Assembly: GCA_024762335.1 (NCBI GenBank) | Contig: JANTHO010000003.1 | Span: forward strand, 1,115-65,114 | Length of the DNA: 64,000 nt | Source of the DNA: Acidimicrobiia bacterium | GTDB lineage: Bacteria; Actinomycetota; Acidimicrobiia; Spongiisociales; UBA5794 | Direction of reading: 5' to 3' | Shown: positions 1-10,804 of the stretch, piece by piece | Layout of the letters: each line of letters starts with the position of its first letter | Position numbering within the stretch: the first letter of the stretch is position 1 | Notes under the pieces: generated by a model | The model's database searches: none | Told to the model about the DNA's origin: nothing | Seen by the model: only the letters and a program-made list of their open reading frames with translations | Position numbers and translations under genes: made by a program

Positions 1-1182
1 CACCTCATCCGACAGAGGGGTTCGACCGAAACGGGTGATCGACACAGCGTGGGGGCGGGCGAGCCGTCGGGCCTCGCTGGCTGCCGACTTCAGCGCGATC
101 GCGACGCGATACGTCTTGAGCGCTCCCGTCGTCGAACCGCCCATTCCGCCCAGGAACATGAGGAGCAGGATCACGCCCGTGACCGCAGACGGCCATACGG
201 CGTAGTCGGCCACAGCGAACCCCGTACCGGTGGTGGTCGCGACGGCGGTGAAGAGCGCCGTTCGGATCGACACACCGGCCGATGCCATGGCGAGACCGCC
301 GATCACGAGCGCACCGCCGGCAGCCAGGCTGATGAGGTAGTACCGCGATTCCGGAGTTCGGATGTACAGAGACGGGTCGCGTACCGCCCGAATGTGCAAG
401 GGAAGCGATGCGCCAGCCACGATCATCGATCCGATCACGATCCACTGCGTGTAGGCCGAGAACCCGGCCAGCGACGTCGATTCGGTGCCGAATCCCCCCG
501 TGGAAACGGCCGTGAGCGCGTGAGCGATCGCCTGGAACACGGACATGTCCCCGAGGGCGAGAACGACCGCCACCACGATCGTGAATCCGAGATACAAGGC
601 CCAGAGGCGCACGGACGTGCCGCGCAGGCGGGGAGTCAGGCGATCCACGTTCTCCCCCGGCGTCTCGGCGCGGACGAGATGGATGCCGCCGGCACCTACG
701 AACGGCAGTACGGCGATCGACAGGACGATGATCCCCATCCCCCCGAGCCACTGGGTGGCGGCTCGCCACATGAGCAGGCCGTGTGATTGCGAGGCGAGAT
801 CGGTAATGGCGGTCGCACCGGTCGTCGTGAAACCGGCGGTACTTTCGAAAAGCGCGTTCGTGGCCGTGAAATCTCCGGTCAGGAGATACGGAAGGGATCC
901 GAAGGCGATCACAGCCACCCACGCGATGGCCACGCTGCCGAACGCATCCTTCGGCCGCAGACGGTCGGGACGACCCGCGAGCACCATCGTCAACCAGCCC
1001 GCGAGCAACATGGCGGACATCGTGATTGCCACATTGACCGCGACATGCCATTCGCGATAGACGACGGCCGTGGGAAGGGCCGGGACTCCCGCGGCAGAAC
1101 CCGCGAAGACCACGATGCCGACGACATAGGCGATCCTGCGCGGTGCCGGTGCCGCCGACCACCTCCTCAGACGGAAAGCCAC
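1..1182 (-). CDS. trkH: TrkH family potassium uptake permease (3' end runs off the window)
   Basis: Frame absent from the ORF track; translated by hand from GTG at 1182: LFESTAGFTTTGAT, WRAATQWLGGMGIIV, AVSTGGFG (TrkH pore-loop motifs). Directly follows trkA. Confidence 0.93.
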   Translation of the reverse strand, partial: MAFRLRRWSAAPAPRRIAYVVGIVVFAGSAAGVPALPTAVVYREWHVAVNVAITMSAMLLAGWLTMVLAGRPDRLRPKDAFGSVAIAWVAVIAFGSLPYLLTGDFTATNALFESTAGFTTTGATAITDLASQSHGLLMWRAATQWLGGMGIIVLSIAVLPFVGAGGIHLVRAETPGENVDRLTPRLRGTSVRLWALYLGFTIVVAVVLALGDMSVFQAIAHALTAVSTGGFGTESTSLAGFSAYTQWIVIGSMIVAGASLPLHIRAVRDPSLYIRTPESRYYLISLAAGGALVIGGLAMASAGVSIRTALFTAVATTTGTGFAVADYAVWPSAVTGVILLLMFLGGMGGSTTGALKTYRVAIALKSAASEARRLARPHAVSITRFGRTPLSDEV

Positions 1183-1183
1183 G

Positions 1184-2515
1184 CTAACCCCCGAAAAGGC
1201 GCTCGATGGTCCCGATGGCATCGGGCGTAGCGAGCACCACGACACGATCCCCCGCCTCGAACCTGGAGCTTCCCAGCGGCACGTGCGCCTCGCCCCGCCG
1301 GTAGATCGCCCCGATGACGGCCCCTTCCGGGAGGGCGAGCTCCTTGATTGCGTTTTCCAGAACCGGTGCCTTCTCGGGAATCTCGATCTCCAACGCCTCG
1401 ATGCCACCCGTCGCAAAGTCGGCCGCCGATATGATCGCACCCCTTCGAACAAACCGAAGCGCGGCATTCGCCGCCGCGACCTTCGTCGACACCGTCGCGT
1501 CGATACCGACCGTTGCCATGTACGCGGCCACCTCCATTCGGTTGTAGCGCGCCACCGTGGACGCAGCGCCGAGGCGTCCCGCGATGAGCGAGCTGAGGAC
1601 GTTGACTGCATCGCTCCTCGTGAGTGACAAGAACGCGTCCCCGGGACCGACCTCGAGATTCTCCAGGACTCTGGGATCGGTCGGGTCTGCCACGATGACA
1701 TCGATCTTCGGCTGTTGCTCTGCGATCTTGTGAGCACGTTCGGCTTCGTCGTGAATGAGGATCACGCGAACCCCGTGACGCCTGAGCGCAGCAGCGGTCA
1801 ACGTAGCCACACGCCCACCCCCGACGACGATGGCGCGACCGATATGCCGTGGGGTCGCCCCGAGCAGGCCACTTGCCTCTTCGACGTCGCTGTCTTTGAC
1901 GACGACCACGATCTTGTCGAACGCTTCGACCACCGTTCCACCGCGGCCCACGAGTGTTTCACCCTCACGGACGATCGATGCGATGACACAGTCCCATCCC
2001 CGCAGCGATTTCCGCATGTCCACAAGTGACCTTCCGACGAGGCGGGACTCCGGCGCCACCACCCCGCCCAGGACCACGACCGACGCTTCGCAGAAGCGGA
2101 AGTAGTCGGAGAGACCGGGGTGGGCAACGAGACCGACGAGCTTGTCCGCTGTGGCTGCCCTCGGGTCGATGACCGCCTCGATCCCCGACCCGAGCACCAC
2201 ATCCCGCAGTTCGGTGTTCTCGATCCTGGCAATGGTCCGCTGAAGACCAAGCGCCAGAGCCGTCTGGCATGCGAGGACGTTCGTCCCGTCGTCGTCTGAA
2301 ACGGCGAACAGCATCTCCGCTCGGGAGATTCCTGCCCGTCTCAGAACGCTCGGGCTCGCACCGTTCCCTTCGATGACCTGGGCGTCGAGACGATTCCTGA
2401 GATCTGATGCACGGGTTGCGTCGAGTTCCACCACCGTCACTTCGTCACCTTCGGCCACGAGACGTTCCGCCAGATGAGAGCCGTCGGCGCCGCCGCCCAC
2501 GACCACGATGCGCAT
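1184..2515 (-). CDS. trkA: Trk system potassium transporter NAD-binding subunit TrkA
   Basis: MRIVVVGGGADG Rossmann start, second GGGRVA motif, two RCK_N/RCK_C pairs; GGAGG RBS before ATG 2515. Confidence 0.93.
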   Translation of the reverse strand: MRIVVVGGGADGSHLAERLVAEGDEVTVVELDATRASDLRNRLDAQVIEGNGASPSVLRRAGISRAEMLFAVSDDDGTNVLACQTALALGLQRTIARIENTELRDVVLGSGIEAVIDPRAATADKLVGLVAHPGLSDYFRFCEASVVVLGGVVAPESRLVGRSLVDMRKSLRGWDCVIASIVREGETLVGRGGTVVEAFDKIVVVVKDSDVEEASGLLGATPRHIGRAIVVGGGRVATLTAAALRRHGVRVILIHDEAERAHKIAEQQPKIDVIVADPTDPRVLENLEVGPGDAFLSLTRSDAVNVLSSLIAGRLGAASTVARYNRMEVAAYMATVGIDATVSTKVAAANAALRFVRRGAIISAADFATGGIEALEIEIPEKAPVLENAIKELALPEGAVIGAIYRRGEAHVPLGSSRFEAGDRVVVLATPDAIGTIERLFGG

Positions 2516-2565
2516 CAGACCTCCCTTCCCCTTCGACGTTGAGGCTAGTGCGGTACCCTGCCCGG

Positions 2566-3189
2566 GTGGATGAACATGGGGATACACGCGAAATCGGGGT
2601 CGGCCCTCACCCGCTGCCGTGGCCGGATGATCCGCGACTCGATCCAGATCTTCTCGCTGAAGGCGACCGGCGGAACGTCACCGACCCGTATCGCTACTGG
2701 TCGCGGGAAGCCATCATCGCGGACCTCGATTTGCGGCGCCATGGGTACCACGTTGCGATCGAGAACTGGCAGCACGACTTCAACATCGGATCCGTCGTCC
2801 GCAATGCGAACGCGTTTCTTGCCGCCGAAGTGCACATCGTCGGGAAGCGGCGTTGGAATCGCCGCGGCGCGATGGTTACCGACCGCTACCAGCACGTCCG
2901 CCACCACGCCACATTCGAAGGATTCGTAGCCTGGGCCGATTCCCTCGACCTCCCCATCATCGGAATCGACATTCTCCCAGGATCGGTCCCGATCGAAACG
3001 ACCGAACTTCCCGAGCGGTGTGTGCTGCTGTTCGGACAGGAAGGTCCCGGCCTTTCAGATGCTGCACGTTCGGCATGCAGCATCATCTGCTCGATCGCGC
3101 AGTTCGGTTCGACCCGATCGATCAATGCCGGGGTGGCATCCGGGATCGCGATGCACACCTGGATCACCCAACACGTCGAGTTCACCTGA
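2566..3189 (+). CDS. TrmH/SpoU family RNA methyltransferase
   Basis: ENWQHDFNIGSVVRNANAF, FGQEGPGLS, RSINAGVASGIAM SPOUT motifs; start set at GTG 6 nt after TACCCT. Confidence 0.9.
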   Translation: MDEHGDTREIGVGPHPLPWPDDPRLDPDLLAEGDRRNVTDPYRYWSREAIIADLDLRRHGYHVAIENWQHDFNIGSVVRNANAFLAAEVHIVGKRRWNRRGAMVTDRYQHVRHHATFEGFVAWADSLDLPIIGIDILPGSVPIETTELPERCVLLFGQEGPGLSDAARSACSIICSIAQFGSTRSINAGVASGIAMHTWITQHVEFT

Positions 3190-3205
3190 ATTCGCACCGT
3201 CCTGC

Positions 3206-4414
3206 TCAAGCGGTCAAGTGAACCGCCGCGTATCCGTGGATCACGAACGCTGCATCTCTCACCGGAGTCGCCGCAAGGCGGAGCCGCGGCATGGCCTCTG
3301 CCAATCCTCGAATCGCCACGGACAATTCCATCCGCGCCAGCGGGGCGCCGATGCACGAGTGAATGCCACCTCCGAAGGTGATGTGCGACGAGTCTCCCCG
3401 ACTCACGTTGAAATCATCGGGCGATGGGAAGTGGCGTGGATCCCGATTGGCCGACCCGAAGAGCAGCGCGATCTTCTCACCACGGGCGAACGAGCGCCCT
3501 CCGTAGACGACATCATCGGCAAGGACCCAGCGCTCGAAGAGTTGCAGAGGGGGATCGAATCGGATCATCTCTTCGACGGCCACGTCGGGCTCGACCATCC
3601 CGTCCCTGATCGCGGCCCAGGCGCGATCGGTTGAGAGCATCGCGACCAATCCGTTCCCGAGGGCGTTCACCGTTGCCTCATGGCCGGCGTTCAGCAGCAG
3701 CACGATCGTGGAGACGATCTCGTCGTCGCTCAGCGCGCTACTGCCGGCATCCGGAACGCACAGAGCGGTGACCAGATCGTCCTGTGGGGCCGCTCGCTTC
3801 GCCACGATGAGGTCCCGGCACCAGCGATCGAACTCCTCACTTGCCCGCACGGCTGCGGCGGCCTGATCCTCGGTCGTGTCCAGTTCGTACATCTTGACGA
3901 TTCTGTGCGACCAGTCGAGGAATTGCGCTTCAGCCTCGGGCGGCACGCCGAGTAGCCCTGCGATTACCCCGACCGAGAAGGGCTGGGCGAAGTCGCTCAG
4001 AAGGTCAAACGTGCCGTCGGAGTCCACCTGCGAGATCAGGCGTTTGGCGAGGCGTGTGGTCTCCGGGCGCAATGCCTCGATTCTCTTGGGCGTGAATGCG
4101 CGGAACACCAGTTGTCGAAGTCTCCGATGGTCCGGAGGTTCGAGCATGAGGAGGGACCATCGCTCGAGGTCGTAGTACGGTTTCCAGTCCGGTCGAAGGG
4201 GTGGCAATCCGACTTCCTCACGCGTCATGACGGGCTCGGGCACCCGGCCGAGGCGACGGTCGCGCAAGGCCGCGAACACGTCGTCATAGCGGGTCAAGAA
4301 CCACCGAGAAGTTCCTTCGGCGCCCTCCATGGCGAAGAGGGGTGTTTCCTCACGGATGCGGTTCAGCGTCGGGTATGGATCGGCGAGAAATGCACGGTCG
4401 GTGAAGTCGATCAT
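3206..4414 (-). CDS. Cytochrome P450
   Basis: LLNAGHEAT (I-helix), EEMIR (ExxR), FGGGIHSCIG heme-Cys motif. Confidence 0.95.
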   Translation of the reverse strand: MIDFTDRAFLADPYPTLNRIREETPLFAMEGAEGTSRWFLTRYDDVFAALRDRRLGRVPEPVMTREEVGLPPLRPDWKPYYDLERWSLLMLEPPDHRRLRQLVFRAFTPKRIEALRPETTRLAKRLISQVDSDGTFDLLSDFAQPFSVGVIAGLLGVPPEAEAQFLDWSHRIVKMYELDTTEDQAAAAVRASEEFDRWCRDLIVAKRAAPQDDLVTALCVPDAGSSALSDDEIVSTIVLLLNAGHEATVNALGNGLVAMLSTDRAWAAIRDGMVEPDVAVEEMIRFDPPLQLFERWVLADDVVYGGRSFARGEKIALLFGSANRDPRHFPSPDDFNVSRGDSSHITFGGGIHSCIGAPLARMELSVAIRGLAEAMPRLRLAATPVRDAAFVIHGYAAVHLTA

Positions 4415-4478
4415 TCAGGGAGCGTAGACGCGACGGAGCCGCCGCACATGGCGACGGCTCTCTCATCGTTGATTGCTG

Positions 4479-4661
4479 CTACTTGCCGGGCTCGATGATC
4501 GGACCGTCGTACGCACCCTTGAGCAGCTTCTCGAGTGTCGAGCGAGCCGATGCACGTTTCGTGTAGCCCTGGCTCTGGGCAACGATCTGACCGTTCGAAG
4601 CCTTCACTCTGAACGCCCACTTGCCGTTCTTCTGCTGATAGATCTCGCCTTTGCCGGCCAT
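4479..4661 (-). CDS. YegP/DUF1508 family small protein
   Basis: GKWAFRVKASNGQIVAQSQGY signature; AAGGA upstream. Confidence 0.85.
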   Translation of the reverse strand: MAGKGEIYQQKNGKWAFRVKASNGQIVAQSQGYTKRASARSTLEKLLKGAYDGPIIEPGK

Positions 4662-4742
4662 CCTGTTCCCGTCCTTCCTTGGGATCGGTCGTAGCCTAGC
4701 CCGCGAAAAGTATCTGGGGTGTCATGATCCGTGTGGCCGATC

Positions 4743-5138
4743 TCAGTCGCCGTGTTCCGGATCGAGTTTCAACGAAGCAGAGTTGATGCAGTAGCGCAAA
4801 CCGGTGGGGTTCGGGCCGTCATCGAACACATGGCCGAGATGGGCCCCGCAGTGTGCACATGTCACCTCGGTTCGTGTCCGGAGAAGACTCCGATCGGGTT
4901 TCGTCCGTATCGATTCGAGCGCAGTGGGCTCCCAGAAGCTCGGCCAACCGCTCCCCGAGTCGTACTTCGTATCGCTCGAAAACAGCTCTTCCCCGCACAC
5001 GACGCACCGGTACGTTCCTTCGGTCTTCTCATCCCAGTACTCGCCGGTGAAGGCCTGCTCCGTCCCCGCCTCCTGGGTGACGTGAAACTGCATCGGCGTA
5101 AGACGGTTCTGAAGGTCGGATTCGTTCTTGTCGTTCAT
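4743..5138 (-). CDS. msrB: Peptide-methionine (R)-S-oxide reductase
   Basis: [32 protein letters not shown]; two CxxC motifs. Confidence 0.96.
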   Translation of the reverse strand: MNDKNESDLQNRLTPMQFHVTQEAGTEQAFTGEYWDEKTEGTYRCVVCGEELFSSDTKYDSGSGWPSFWEPTALESIRTKPDRSLLRTRTEVTCAHCGAHLGHVFDDGPNPTGLRYCINSASLKLDPEHGD

Positions 5139-5221
5139 CTTGACGAGGCTACTCTCGCCGCGCCGGCTCCGTTGAAGAACTTGAACTGCGGGTGTTGAGA
5201 ATCGCGCTACCGTCACCCCCC

Positions 5222-6928
5222 ATGGACACGACTCAGATCGACACGACGCTTTCAATGCTGAACGCGAACAAGACTCGTTGGGCCAGATTGCCCGTCGCGA
5301 CCAAGATCTACCTTCTCGACACGATCCGACATCGCGTGGGCGATGTGGCAGACGCATGGGTAGCGGACGCCGCGGAAGCGAAGCAGATCCCCCCGAATTC
5401 GCAACTCCTGGGAGAGGAGTGGACGAGCGGACCGTACGCCCTTGCCGCCGGTGCCGGGGCCATCGCCGAGACGCTCCGACGTATACGAGACGGCATTCCC
5501 GTTCTCGAGGGATATCAAACGAGAACCCTGCCGAACGGCCAACTTGCGTTACGCGTGTTCCCCGCCAATGCAGAAGACCGTCTGTTCCTCAGTGGTCACG
5601 TTGCCGACGTCTGGATGCGTCCCGGTGTGACTCTCGACGAACTCGAAGCGAACGCCGCATCGTTCTACCGGCTCGACGATCCAAAGGGGATGCTCACACT
5701 CGTCCTCGGAGCCGGCAATATCGCGTCAATCGCGCCCCTCGACGTCCTCACCATGATGTTCAACTCGGGTTCCGTCGTCGCCTTGAAGATGAATCCGGTG
5801 AATGCGTATCTGGAACCGTATCTAGAGCACATCTTCCAACCCCTCGTCGCCGCCGGATTCCTTGGGTTCCTCAACGGCGGGGCCGAGGAAGGCGCCTACA
5901 TGACCCGGAATCCCCTCGTCGAGCACATCCATGTGACCGGAGCCGCAGCGACACACGACGCCATCGTGTACGGAACCGGTCCGGACGCGGAACGCCGCAA
6001 GGCCGAAGACGATCCAGAAGTCATGACCCCCGTCACCAGCGAACTCGGCGGTGTCGGCCCGACGATCGTGGTCGGTGGCGAATGGTCGGACGCCGACCTG
6101 CGATATCAGGCCGAGCACATCATCAGCCAGAAGCTGCACAATCACGGATTCAACTGCATCGCCTGCCAGGTGCTCGTCCTGCCGGAATCCTGGGAGCAGG
6201 CCGATGACCTCATCGCAGCGATGCGTGAGGTCGTGCGTGACATCGGTGAACGCGGCGCCTACTACCCCGGAGCGGACGAGCGCCATGCCGCCGTCTTGAA
6301 AGCTCATCCCGAGGCCGAAATCCTGTCCAACGGTGCAGGACCGATCACGTTCATCACCGATCTCGATCCGACGGTGCGGGATGACGTCTGCTTCCGGACG
6401 GAGTTCTTCGGGGCCGTACTCGGCGTGACACGCCTCCCCGGTGACTCCACGGAATCGTACCTGGCCAATGCGGTCGCGTTCGCCAACGACACGCTCGAGG
6501 GGAACCTCGGCGCGAATCTCATCATCCATCCGGCGACGGCACGGGAGTCGGCAGATGCTCTCGAGTCAGCGATCGCAGATCTCCGCTATGGAACGGTGGC
6601 GGTCAATACCTGGGTGGGTGTCGCCTTCGCCATGAATCGTGCCACGTGGGGCGCATTCCCCGGCAATCCCCGCAACGACATTCGTTCGGGGAGAGGCGTC
6701 GTCCACAACTCGCTGATGCTCGAGAACACCGAACGCTCCGTGGTCCGGGGTTCGTTCGCCCCGTTCCCGAGGACACTCCGTCTCGGTGTCATCCACACGG
6801 AACCGACGCCCCCTTTCTTCGTCACGAACCGCAAGGCGGCCCATCTCGGGAAACTGCTCACCGAACGAGCGGTCACCGACTCCTGGAAGACCTTGCCTGC
6901 GATCGTCGTGACGGCGATGCGCGGCTAG
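5222..6928 (+). CDS. Aldehyde dehydrogenase family protein (divergent long type)
   Basis: LGAGN, LKMNP, HVTG, SELGG (catalytic Glu), GFNCIACQ (catalytic Cys), TEFFGAVL. Confidence 0.85.
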   Translation: MDTTQIDTTLSMLNANKTRWARLPVATKIYLLDTIRHRVGDVADAWVADAAEAKQIPPNSQLLGEEWTSGPYALAAGAGAIAETLRRIRDGIPVLEGYQTRTLPNGQLALRVFPANAEDRLFLSGHVADVWMRPGVTLDELEANAASFYRLDDPKGMLTLVLGAGNIASIAPLDVLTMMFNSGSVVALKMNPVNAYLEPYLEHIFQPLVAAGFLGFLNGGAEEGAYMTRNPLVEHIHVTGAAATHDAIVYGTGPDAERRKAEDDPEVMTPVTSELGGVGPTIVVGGEWSDADLRYQAEHIISQKLHNHGFNCIACQVLVLPESWEQADDLIAAMREVVRDIGERGAYYPGADERHAAVLKAHPEAEILSNGAGPITFITDLDPTVRDDVCFRTEFFGAVLGVTRLPGDSTESYLANAVAFANDTLEGNLGANLIIHPATARESADALESAIADLRYGTVAVNTWVGVAFAMNRATWGAFPGNPRNDIRSGRGVVHNSLMLENTERSVVRGSFAPFPRTLRLGVIHTEPTPPFFVTNRKAAHLGKLLTERAVTDSWKTLPAIVVTAMRG

Positions 6929-7509
6929 GCGTCCGACGGTCTCTGTGGAGAGACTCCGGCCCGGCGGAGCGCCGCCACGACCGGCTTCAGCGGCAGCCCG
7001 ATGACGTTGCTGCGCGAGCCGGCCACGCTGCTTACGAAACGTGCTCCATCCCCCTGGAGCGCATAGGCACCCGCCTTGTCGAGCGACTCGCCCGTCGCGG
7101 CATAGGCGTCCGCTTCACAGCTGCCGATGGACCGCATCGCTACAAGAGAGGACTCGAAACCGCTCTCGATCGTGACACCGTTGGCTGCAAGAGCCCAGCC
7201 GGTCAGAACCACGTGGGTGCGGCCGCCGATCGATTGAAGCATCGCTGATGCCTCCTTGGCATCCGACGGTTTCCCCAGGACACGCCCGTCGAGCACGACT
7301 GTCGTATCCGCCGCGAGGGCGATGGAATCGGCGGGAGCGTCGACGGCAAGGGCCTTCAGAGTCGCAAGGCGAACGACCATGCGATCGGGATCCTCGCCCG
7401 CATGCTGGGCCTCCTCGACGTGTGGCGTTTCCACGGAGAATGCGAATCCGGCGGCCGACAGGAGCAGCCGTCGGCGAGGGGATGAACTTGCAAGAATGAG
7501 GTTCGGCAT
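6925..7509 (-). CDS. maf: Maf family nucleoside triphosphate pyrophosphatase
   Basis: LILASSSPRRRLLL, ADTTVV, LGKP, DKAGAYALQG, NVIGLP. Confidence 0.93.
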   Translation of the reverse strand: MPNLILASSSPRRRLLLSAAGFAFSVETPHVEEAQHAGEDPDRMVVRLATLKALAVDAPADSIALAADTTVVLDGRVLGKPSDAKEASAMLQSIGGRTHVVLTGWALAANGVTIESGFESSLVAMRSIGSCEADAYAATGESLDKAGAYALQGDGARFVSSVAGSRSNVIGLPLKPVVAALRRAGVSPQRPSDA

Positions 7510-7572
7510 GCCGGCAGTTTCGCACACCCGACGGTGGTTGCGGTACCGTCGCACCGAACCGCCGGAGGAATC

Positions 7573-8718
7573 ATGACCCGAGCCATTTTCGAATCCGATC
7601 ACGACCTGTTTCGCGAGACCGTCGAACGGTTCGTTGAGAAGGAGGTTCGGCCGTTCCACGACCTCTGGAGCAGACGTGGGATCGTCGACAAGTCCATGTT
7701 CCGCGCGGCAGGAGCACAGGGCCTTCTCGGAATGGCCATCCCTGAGGAGTACGGCGGTGGAGGCGTCTCCGACTTCCGCTACAACGCCATCATCGACGAA
7801 GTGACGACTGCTGCCGGCGTGAGCGCCTCCGCCTTGTGCATCACACTCCACAACGACGTGTGTCTCCCCTACTTCCTCGCCTACGCCGACGGGTCCCAGA
7901 GAGAGCGGTGGTTCGGCGGCCTTGCATCCGGTGATTTGATGACGGCGATCGCGATGACCGAACCGGGAACCGGCTCGGACCTGGCTGCCATCACAACGTC
8001 CGCGGTGCGTCATGGCGACCACTACGTGGTCAATGGCTCGAAGACCTTCATCACCAACGGCATCAACTCAGACCTGGTGATCGTCGTGGCACGCACCGAC
8101 CCCGATCCCCACGCAGGCCTCACACTCCTCGTCGTCGAAGAGGGTATGGACGGCTTCACGCGTGGACGGAACCTGGCCAAGATGGGAATGCATGCCCAGG
8201 ACACGGCGGAGCTGTTCTTCTCCGACGTCGTCGTGCCCGTAGAGAACCGTCTCGGAGCCGAAGGCATGGGGTTCGCCCAACTCATCGGCAATCTCCCGCA
8301 GGAACGACTGAGCATCGCAGTGGGGGCGGTCGCCGCAGCCGAAGCCGCGCTGGATCTGACCGTCGAATACGCTCGAGAACGGACGGCTTTCGGCCGACCC
8401 ATCGGCAAGTTCCAACACAGCCGGTTCCTGCTCGCCGAACTCAAGACAGAAGTCGACATCGGAAGGGTGTTCGTCGATCAACTCATCTTGGAACACGTCG
8501 AGGGTCGGCTGACGATTGAGCGTGCAGCAGAAGCCAAGTGGTGGACGACTGAGATGCTTCGCCGCGTTGTCGACGCCGGAGTCCAGATGCATGGGGGGTA
8601 CGGATACATGACCGAGTATCCCATCGCTCAGGCCTTCCTGGACGCCCGCCTCCAGACGATCTACGGGGGCACGACGGAGATCATGAAGGAGATCATCGGG
8701 AGAAGTCTCGGTCTATGA
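7573..8718 (+). CDS. Acyl-CoA dehydrogenase (long-chain type)
   Basis: AIAMTEPGTGSDL, NGSKTFITNG, QMHGGYGYM, IYGGTTEIM; GGAGG RBS. Confidence 0.95.
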   Translation: MTRAIFESDHDLFRETVERFVEKEVRPFHDLWSRRGIVDKSMFRAAGAQGLLGMAIPEEYGGGGVSDFRYNAIIDEVTTAAGVSASALCITLHNDVCLPYFLAYADGSQRERWFGGLASGDLMTAIAMTEPGTGSDLAAITTSAVRHGDHYVVNGSKTFITNGINSDLVIVVARTDPDPHAGLTLLVVEEGMDGFTRGRNLAKMGMHAQDTAELFFSDVVVPVENRLGAEGMGFAQLIGNLPQERLSIAVGAVAAAEAALDLTVEYARERTAFGRPIGKFQHSRFLLAELKTEVDIGRVFVDQLILEHVEGRLTIERAAEAKWWTTEMLRRVVDAGVQMHGGYGYMTEYPIAQAFLDARLQTIYGGTTEIMKEIIGRSLGL

Positions 8719-8743
8719 GCGCCCGCCGGCGCTTTCGCGCCCG

Positions 8744-9928
8744 CTAGTTGAAGGCCGGGATACCGGTGATCGCCTGACCGAGAACGAGCGTGTGGACCTC
8801 ATTCGTGCCCTCATAGGTGATGACCGATTCCAGATTGTTCATGTGCCGGATCACGGGATAGTCGAGGGTGATGCCGTTCGCCCCCAGAATGCTGCGAGCC
8901 TCCCGTGCGACCTCGAGGCCGGTTCGGACGTTCTCCATCTTCCCGAAGCTGATTTGCTCGGAGGTCAACGTTCCATCGTCGTGCTTTCGTCCGAGATGCA
9001 CGGAGAGCAACATTCCCTTGTTGATTTTGACCATCATCTCGACGAGCTTGCGCTGCGTGAGCTGATACGAAGCGATTGGCTTTCCAAACTGGACCCGTTC
9101 CTTGGCATACGCGAGAGCGGCTTCGTAACTGGCCCTGCCCGCTCCGACGGCTCCGAACAAGATTCCGAACCTGGCTTCGTTGAGGCATGAAAGCGGCCCT
9201 TTCAACCCGATGACGCCCGGGAGCGCAGCATCGGCCGGAAGACGAACCCCGTCGAGCACGAGTTCGGAGGTAATCGAGGCGCGCAGTGACAGCTTGTGGT
9301 GAATGTCGTTGGCAGTGAAACCCGGTGTGTCCGTGGGCACGATGAAGCCGCGGATGCCTTCATCGGTTTGGGCCCAGACGACGGCGACGTCGGCGATTCC
9401 GCCGTTCGTGATCCACATCTTCGTGCCGTCGATCACCCAGTCTTCCCCGTCGCGCCGTGCTCGTGTGCGCATCGCTCCAGGATCCGAGCCCGCATCCGGC
9501 TCCGTGAGTCCGAAACAGCCGATGATCTCGCCCGACGCCATGCCGGGGAGCCACTGCTGCTTCTGCTCTTCCGACCCGAATGCCCAGATGGGGTACATCG
9601 CAAGTGATCCCTGCACCGATACGAAGCTGCGAATACCGGAGTCGCCCGCCTCGAGTTCGGTGCAGGCGAGCCCGTAACTCACCGCGTTCGTGCCGGCACA
9701 TCCGTAGCCGTCGAGGTGCATGCCGAGAAGACCGATGGCTCCCATTTCCCGCGCCAGTTCCTTCGGGAGGTAACCCTCCTCGAACCATTCGGCGACGTTC
9801 GGGAGAACCCGATCACCCACGAATTCGCGAACCGTATCGCGAATGAGCCGCTCCTCATCGTCGAGGAGCGAATCGATCTGGAGGAAGTCGTTCGGGGTCT
9901 CGCCCCCGGGGCGGATTGTTGAACTCAT
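8744..9928 (-). CDS. Glutaryl-CoA dehydrogenase-like acyl-CoA dehydrogenase
   Basis: GCFGLTEPDAGSDP, TKMWITNG, RHMNNLESVITYEGT (typical of GcdH). Confidence 0.9.
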   Translation of the reverse strand: MSSTIRPGGETPNDFLQIDSLLDDEERLIRDTVREFVGDRVLPNVAEWFEEGYLPKELAREMGAIGLLGMHLDGYGCAGTNAVSYGLACTELEAGDSGIRSFVSVQGSLAMYPIWAFGSEEQKQQWLPGMASGEIIGCFGLTEPDAGSDPGAMRTRARRDGEDWVIDGTKMWITNGGIADVAVVWAQTDEGIRGFIVPTDTPGFTANDIHHKLSLRASITSELVLDGVRLPADAALPGVIGLKGPLSCLNEARFGILFGAVGAGRASYEAALAYAKERVQFGKPIASYQLTQRKLVEMMVKINKGMLLSVHLGRKHDDGTLTSEQISFGKMENVRTGLEVAREARSILGANGITLDYPVIRHMNNLESVITYEGTNEVHTLVLGQAITGIPAFN

Positions 9929-9937
9929 GGTGCCAGC

Positions 9938-10804
9938 CTACCGGTCGGTCGTATCCGATGGTTCATCACCGCTCCCCCACCAGATCGTCCGCTGCGGGAA
10001 GGCAAAGTCGATGCCTTCGTTCTGAAGCGCCCGCGCGATCGAACGAGACACCGTATCCACCGATCGCATCGTCTCCATGATGGTCGGGTCGTGCCAAAAC
10101 AGCAGGCGGAATTCGATCCCATTGTCACCGAACTTCGCGACGAGAGCCTCCGGCGGCGGATCGGCGTGCGTGGCCTCACACTCCCCGGCGGACCGCTCAA
10201 TCACGGCTTTCGCACGATCCAGGTCGGTCGCGTAGGTAACGAGAATCTCGATGGTCGAACGCCGCGCGCCGAGATCGGTCAGGTTCACGATCGGGTCCCG
10301 GATCACCGCCCGGTTTGGCATGTGGATCTCCTCCCCGTCCGGACTCTGAATCACAACGGTCCTGCCGGTGATTTCACAAACGGCGCCCGTCCCCGACGGT
10401 GTCTCAATCTCGTCGCCGACGGCGAACATCGGCGCCCCCTGGAGTACCAGTCCGGCGGCGAAGTTCTCGACGATGCCCCGTCCCGCGAAGAAGAGGACCA
10501 CCGCCAGAATGAGGATCACCATCAAGGCCGGCACCATGTCCACGCCTACGATTGCGAGCGAATACACGAATCCGAGCAGGATCACAATCCAGCCTGCCGC
10601 CCGGGATATGAGGAGCACTGCCTCATCGGACAGCGCTGGGATCCGGCGAAGCGCGGCCCTCAGGATCCTCCGGAGCAAACGGGCCACCACAAATGCAAGG
10701 CCGACGACGGCTGCTGCCCACACGAAATCGATCGGGGTGACGCTCTTGGCGTCGATGATCTGTTCGAGGTCATCTGTGGTTGGAATCTGAAGCCAACCGA
10801 TCAT
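9938..10804 (-). CDS. Small-conductance mechanosensitive channel (MscS family)
   Basis: Three TM helices, NFAAGLVL, FAVGDEI, GIDFAFPQRT; ATGA overlap with the rnhB stop. Confidence 0.88.
   Translation of the reverse strand: MIGWLQIPTTDDLEQIIDAKSVTPIDFVWAAAVVGLAFVVARLLRRILRAALRRIPALSDEAVLLISRAAGWIVILLGFVYSLAIVGVDMVPALMVILILAVVLFFAGRGIVENFAAGLVLQGAPMFAVGDEIETPSGTGAVCEITGRTVVIQSPDGEEIHMPNRAVIRDPIVNLTDLGARRSTIEILVTYATDLDRAKAVIERSAGECEATHADPPPEALVAKFGDNGIEFRLLFWHDPTIMETMRSVDTVSRSIARALQNEGIDFAFPQRTIWWGSGDEPSDTTDR

Noticed and set aside
5-1162. 385-aa minus-strand ORF from the track
   Set aside because: Arg-rich off-frame shadow; the real gene (trkH) is in another minus-strand frame that runs off the window.
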